Source of the DNA: Candidatus Latescibacterota bacterium
GTDB taxonomy: Bacteria; Latescibacterota; UBA2968; UBA8231
DNA length: 64,000 nt
Reading direction: 5' to 3'
Assembly (NCBI GenBank): GCA_963422735.1
Contig: OY730476.1
Span: 1,856,001 to 1,920,000, forward strand
Of this stretch, positions 59,336 to 64,000 are shown piece by piece (positions within the stretch are counted from its first letter, which is position 1; every line of letters starts with the position of its first letter). Both the position numbers and the translations under genes were made by a program. Under the pieces are notes generated by a model that was given only the letters and a program-made list of their open reading frames with translations, did not search any database and was not told the DNA's origin.

Positions 59336-60121
59336 TCACCCGCGCTCGGCCGGGATCTGGCGCAGCAATTCGCTCCAAGCCGCGCCCAGATCCATCACGT
59401 CCCCACCGCAGATTACCAAATCGCAGCCGGCGTCCATGGCGGCCGTAAGCAGCGGCCCCGGCAAGGTGAAAATGCCGCTCAGCTTGCCGGCGGCCCGCGC
59501 CTTGGCCAAGCACGAGAGCACGGCCTCGCGCAGACGAGGATCGCCCATCTGGCCGGTGCAGCCCATATCGACCGCTAGGTCCCCCGGCCCCATAAAGATC
59601 CCAGAGAGGCCCTCCACGGCGAGTATCGCATCGACATTCGCTACGGCCTCCACGGTCTCAATCTGGACGAAGAGGTGGGTGCGCGCATTGGCGCGGGCTA
59701 GGGCGTCGTGCAGGTTTTCCAGCCCAAACCCCATGCTGCGCGTGCGCACGTTGAAGCCGCGCCGGCCCAACGGCGGGTACTTGCCCACCTCGACGATGCG
59801 GCGCGTGTACTCCGCATCGTCCACCATGGGGACGAGAATGATCCGCGCCCCGATTTCGAGTGCCCGCAGTACGTGGTGGCGCTCGCCATCGGGCAGGCGA
59901 ATGAGGGGAAAAATGCCACCGGCCTCCGCGGCCAAGCACAAGGTCTCGGCCCGCTCAAAGCCGACCGGGCCGTGTTCGCTTTCGATCCACACCGCTTCAA
60001 AACCGACCTGCGCCGCCAATGAGACGAGCAGGGGTGAGGCGCTGTTGACGGTGACGCCGCGAATTCGGCGCGGGCGACCGGCCTGATCTGAGAACACATC
60101 GTCCGTGATTTTTAAGGTCAT
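59336..60121 (-). CDS. HpcH/HpaI aldolase family protein
   Basis: WIESEHG, YPPLGRRG, VQIET, FMGPGDL. Confidence 0.9.
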   Translation of the reverse strand: MTLKITDDVFSDQAGRPRRIRGVTVNSASPLLVSLAAQVGFEAVWIESEHGPVGFERAETLCLAAEAGGIFPLIRLPDGERHHVLRALEIGARIILVPMVDDAEYTRRIVEVGKYPPLGRRGFNVRTRSMGFGLENLHDALARANARTHLFVQIETVEAVANVDAILAVEGLSGIFMGPGDLAVDMGCTGQMGDPRLREAVLSCLAKARAAGKLSGIFTLPGPLLTAAMDAGCDLVICGGDVMDLGAAWSELLRQIPAERG

Positions 60122-60231
60122 GGGAGTCGTTTCTCGTCGGTTGAAGTCACTCTTAATGTAGCCTTATTTTCCCCTCGTCCCAATACGAATAGCTAAAGTG
60201 GCCTGTGGCTTGTGGTCCGCAGCCTGAGCCT

Positions 60232-60288
60232 GTCCCCGCACCGTTCCATGGGGACTGATCACTAACCACTAACCACTAACCACTAACT
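60232..60288. repeat. Short GTCCCC/GGGGAC hairpin plus 5 heptamers (ACTGATC, ACTAACC x3, ACTAACT)
   Basis: Same tail type as 29772-29851; abuts the AGGAG RBS of the next gene. Confidence 0.8.
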
Positions 60289-60300
60289 AGGAGCCTTATC

Positions 60301-61005
60301 TTGATACCATTAGACTACGGACGCTCATTTCTAATCGGCAATGGCCCCGAAAACGAGGTGCGGTTCTGGGTCGAGTCGCGGACGCGCATCATCGACGAAG
60401 CCTCCGGCCAGAGCGAGGACTACGTGCAAGTGGGGTCGTGCAAGAGCGAACACACCTTCGCCAAAAAGAACCTCCTGCACGACGACAACTACGACTTTCT
60501 GCCGGTTTTTGGCCCGGAGTGGTCGGTCGTCTATCGGCGTCACGCCTACCTGCACGACGGCTATCGGGAGATCCGCCGCTCAGAGGAATGGTGGAACGGG
60601 CAGCAATACCGTCTGATTGTCGGGAGCGATGTGGAGGAACTGACCAGCGATGCGGCAGTGCGCGAGGCGACCTACGATTCGGTGCCAATCGTGGCGCAGA
60701 CCCAAGTGCGAAACGAGAAAACCGGGTTGCAGGCGATCATGGAATATCCGGTCAAGACCATGAACACCAACCGCGCCAACGATATCTACCAAGTTGACAC
60801 CGGCCCGGTGGCCTTCCCGGACCTGAGCCAGCACCGCGCCCGCCACATTGATGCCCTATCCCTAGCCTTTGTCGTCTTCAATGCGCCGCACTTTGCCGAC
60901 TTCGTCCTCGAAGTGCCGACCCACGTAGGCGACGAGCAAGCGTATCACTATTCCAAGCTGGTGTCCCTAGCGGCAATAAACAGGCTCTACGCGGTGCGAT
61001 CTTAG
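60301..61005 (+). CDS. Hypothetical protein
   Basis: 234 aa ORF, AGGAG RBS, genome-typical codon use; no motif recognised. Confidence 0.75.
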   Translation: MIPLDYGRSFLIGNGPENEVRFWVESRTRIIDEASGQSEDYVQVGSCKSEHTFAKKNLLHDDNYDFLPVFGPEWSVVYRRHAYLHDGYREIRRSEEWWNGQQYRLIVGSDVEELTSDAAVREATYDSVPIVAQTQVRNEKTGLQAIMEYPVKTMNTNRANDIYQVDTGPVAFPDLSQHRARHIDALSLAFVVFNAPHFADFVLEVPTHVGDEQAYHYSKLVSLAAINRLYAVRS

Positions 61006-61082
61006 AAGCTGTTTGGAAATTTTGCCAAAATCACTTATTTCACTGTAGTCTATAAGTAGATGTGCGAATCAAAGGAGGCACC

Positions 61083-62068
61083 ATGTACAGAGTAGGAGTC
61101 ATTGGCTGCAGGGGCATTGGCAATCGGCACGCCCGCGGGGCCGAGAGCTTAAAAAACGCCGAAGTCGTGGCTGGTTGCGACCTCGTGCCAGAGCAACGCG
61201 ACGAATTTGCAGCGCAGTTCAAGGCAACTAGTCCCGAGTTGAAAATGTACGCCGATTACCGGGAGATGCTAGAAAAGGCACAACTCGACATCGTCTCGGT
61301 GGCCACCGGCGACAACAAGCACGCCGACCTAGTGGTGGCCGCCGCCGAAGCCGGTGCTAAGGGAATTTTCTGCGAAAAACCGCTGGCCACCAGTGTGGAG
61401 GACGCCGACCGCATGGTAGCGGCAGCGGAACGCCACAACGCCTTGCTGTCCGTTGACCACACTCGCCACTGGATGCCAGTCTGGCATCGCTGCCGCGAAC
61501 TGGTGGCCACGGGCGAGATTGGCGACGTGAGAGCGGTCGTGTGCGAGCACTACGGTACGCGATCGATGCTGTTCCGCAACGGCACCCACCTGCTCGACGC
61601 CATCGTGTGGTTCGCCGGCAGTAAACCAGAGTGGCTCGTCGCCGAGCTAGAGGACGGGTACGAAGACTACGGTGAGTATCGCGGCGACGGCGGACACGAC
61701 CCAGCCACCGAGCCGAGCGCCAACGCCTACATACACTTTGCCAACGGTGTGCGCGGGATGTACCTCGGGGAGAAACAAACCCCAACCGACTCGACTTCAC
61801 CGTGTCGGGAACCACGGGAGCTATTTTCATCGAGCGGGAAGGCGACGCGTACATTGAGCGAGCCGGAGAACGGGAGCTGATTGAACCGCGCCAGTGGGAA
61901 GTCGATGGAATCGAAGCGGGCGTACGCGAACTCGTGCGCACACTCGATGGCGAAGGCGAACTGTCGTGTACCGGCCGAGATGGTCTGACCGTTGTGGAGA
62001 TGATGATCGCCTGCCTGCAATCGCAGCAGCAGAACAACGCAAAAGTCGCGCTGCCGCTGCCTCGGTAG
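61083..62068 (+). pseudogene. Gfo/Idh/MocA oxidoreductase with one frameshift near 61780
   Basis: GVIGCRGIG, FCEKPLA, NGTHLLD in ORF to 61880; C-terminus (LDFTVSGTTG...GRDGLTVVEM) in ORF ending 62068; could be a sequencing error. Confidence 0.75.
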
Positions 62069-62149
62069 GCGCACGAGGAGGGATCAACGGGAGAGTGGTT
62101 TCCCGGAAGACAGGGGAATAATGCCGGAAGAACTGGCCGCGCCCACCAC

Positions 62150-62660
62150 ACTGAATCGAACCGATACCTCACCCAACAATAGGAGTTGACCACGGGACTT
62201 GGATCCAACGTGCCCCCACGCCCCGCCACAACCTGCAGTCCATTGCCATCGACGGTATCATCTACGCCATTTCCGGCACCGACGATCTCACTGTCGATGT
62301 GGTCGAGATCTACGATGTGGCCAGCGACACTGGACCCAAGGACCGCCCATTCCCACCAAACGGGGATGGCTGGGTGCCGCTCGCATCGGCCGCAGGATCT
62401 ATGTGGCTGGCGGCAAAACCCTTCGCACATCCGCAGAGAAGAAAGCCTACGGCCACGACTACCATTTCACCTCCCGCGACAACCTCGAGATGCTCGACTT
62501 GGTCGGATCTGGCACCCATGCCCGGCGGACCGTGCGCCGGCTTGGCCGTCACCGCTTGCCAAGGCCAGATATGGGCCATCGGCGGCAACACCATGCTCCG
62601 CGAAGACCCGCGCATTCTCGATCGCGTCGAAGTGTGCGATGTCGCCACCAATACTTGGGC
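62150..62660 (+). pseudogene. Kelch-repeat protein remnant, multiple frameshifts
   Basis: TPRHNLQSIAIDGIIYAISG...VEIYDV / GRRIYVAGG / GQIWAIGG...VEVCDVATNTW. Confidence 0.75.
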
Positions 62661-63079
62661 ACGTCGTTCGCAGGCCAAGTCTTCGACTCGGAGCGGCCTG
62701 GGGAAGTGGCGCAGCAAGTGGTGCCTGGAAATGCCACCTTTCGGCTGGATGGCGACCACCAGTTCTTGCAGCAGGTGGAAGTGCAACCGCAGGTGATCAC
62801 GCCCAATGGGACGGCATCAACGACCGGACGGAGATTGCATACACCTTGCTGAAAGTGGCGGGCGAAGGCCAGGTGGAGATCGAAATTTTCGCCCTGTCGG
62901 GTCGCCCGGTGCGGAGGCTCTACAGCGGTCGGGAACGCAGCGGGCACTACCTGCGGCCGTGGGACGGACGCGGTGATGATGGCTTAATGGTCACGCCGGG
63001 ATTGTATCTGTTCCAAGTGCGCTTGAACGCGGACCGAGGGATAACGAAGGACAGCGGTCTCATTGCGGTGGTTTACTGA
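62660..63079 (+). pseudogene. C-terminal FlgD-Ig-like domain remnant of a large secreted protein
   Basis: QVEVQPQVITPNG / DGINDRTEIAYTLL...GRPVRRL...WDGRGDDGLMVTPGLY. Confidence 0.75.
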
Positions 63080-63129
63080 TTTTAGGGCCTGCACCAAGGA
63101 ATTACGAATTGCGAATTCGCAATTCCTAC

Positions 63130-63312
63130 CTGACGTTCCGCAGTGCTTTGTCGCGGACGAACCAGTCCATGCGGGCGAAACCACGCTGGATGTCACGCCA
63201 AAGGCACGGTGAAGCCTGCTTCCGCAGGAAGGACGAGCCTTTAGGCGTAGACATCCAGTAGGGAGGCAGCGGGGCGAAACCACGCTTGGTGCGGTAAACT
63301 GCGTAACATCAC
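63130..63312. mobile_element. MITE-like element with 15-bp imperfect TIRs
   Basis: CTGACGTTCCGCAGT ... ACTGCGTAACATCAC, flanked by TTCCTAC / TTCCTAG. Confidence 0.6.
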
Positions 63313-63315
63313 TTC

Positions 63316-63642
63316 CTAGTCGTAATAGCCGTATTCGCCCCGGGCTACGTATTCGTCCATCCGTTCTTGCGGCAAGGTCTCGACATCGTGGACGGGAAAC
63401 CCTTCCCCGGCGATTCGCTCAATATGGGGGCCGCGTCCGGCGCACTCGACCGGATACCCTCGCTCTTGCAGGACGCGAGCGAGCACGAGCGGGCGAATGG
63501 TGTGCGCCAAGCTGTACCCGTGAAAAAAGACGAGGATTTTCCGTTGGTCTCGCGCTAGCTGGTCCAGTTCCGTCCATCGACGGAGCCAACGATCCCAAAG
63601 CAGCAGGTGCTCAGAAAGTTTAGCTATAATAGAATGGAGCAT
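63316..63642 (-). pseudogene. Truncated GT-B glycosyltransferase N-terminus
   Basis: KILVFFHGYSLAHTIRPLVLARVLQERGYPV; ends after 108 aa at the MITE-like boundary. Confidence 0.65.
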
Positions 63643-64000
63643 ATGCCCTCAATTTGACCTACCGCGTCAGGGCGAATATGGGAATCGCTACTGGGTTGTC
63701 CCTAATGTGGACGATAATTTCACAATCGGTCTGGCCCGGTGGGAAGTCACTCTGGTTGCGTACTGCAACGACCAATCGCCGATCCGTCTCCCAGCGCCCA
63801 TCGAAAGCGAATGCGGGTGCTAAGCACTTCGATTGCACCCGGATCGGTGCCTGCGCCGCATCGGGTACAACGCGCACCGCGACCGTTTTCATTTGCCGTC
63901 GGTGAGGCTTGCCCATGCCAAAAGAAAGAGCGGACGGATCTACTTGGAACCGGTCTATAACCTTCCCTTCGACATGTACGATCTGTCGCAGTGTTTGGTC

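Noticed and set aside
63130-63190. Hammerhead ribozyme or c-di-GMP riboswitch
   Set aside because: CTGACG...GAA and GGCGAAACC only partly match the consensus cores; the TIR/MITE reading fits better
63659-63916. 85-aa minus-strand ORF
   Set aside because: No recognisable family, lies next to a possible IS end near 63957; cannot be supported as a gene

Overview
GC-rich bacterial chromosome segment, dense in catabolic genes: four PhyH-family dioxygenases, five Gfo/Idh/MocA oxidoreductases, SDRs, two HpcH aldolases and a sugar ABC transporter. It also holds a housekeeping block (ino1, dusB, 5-FTHF cyclo-ligase, uppS-cdsA-rseP-queG, ftsY, fhs). This gene content plus Kelch, FlgD-Ig and DUF6785-like remnants resembles Latescibacterota/Poribacteria-type (often sponge-associated) genomes; that is inference only. 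I found no rRNA, tRNA, CRISPR array or intact transposase/integrase. Accessory spots hold many pseudogenes, five toxin-antitoxin-type modules (four with a broken toxin or partner) and several small non-autonomous repeat elements. Most notable: (1) a Kv-like channel gene with a tandem phage-structural-like beta repeat in the S1-S2 loop and a TGGYAD filter; (2) a CLC-CBS protein with Gln at the gating-glutamate position; (3) a dispersed element of a conserved ~140-150 bp core plus a variable heptamer tail; (4) a TA module bounded by a 44-bp duplication of a gene 3' end; (5) a four-gene COG3014/LpoB-like envelope operon. All family calls come from motif recognition, not database searches.
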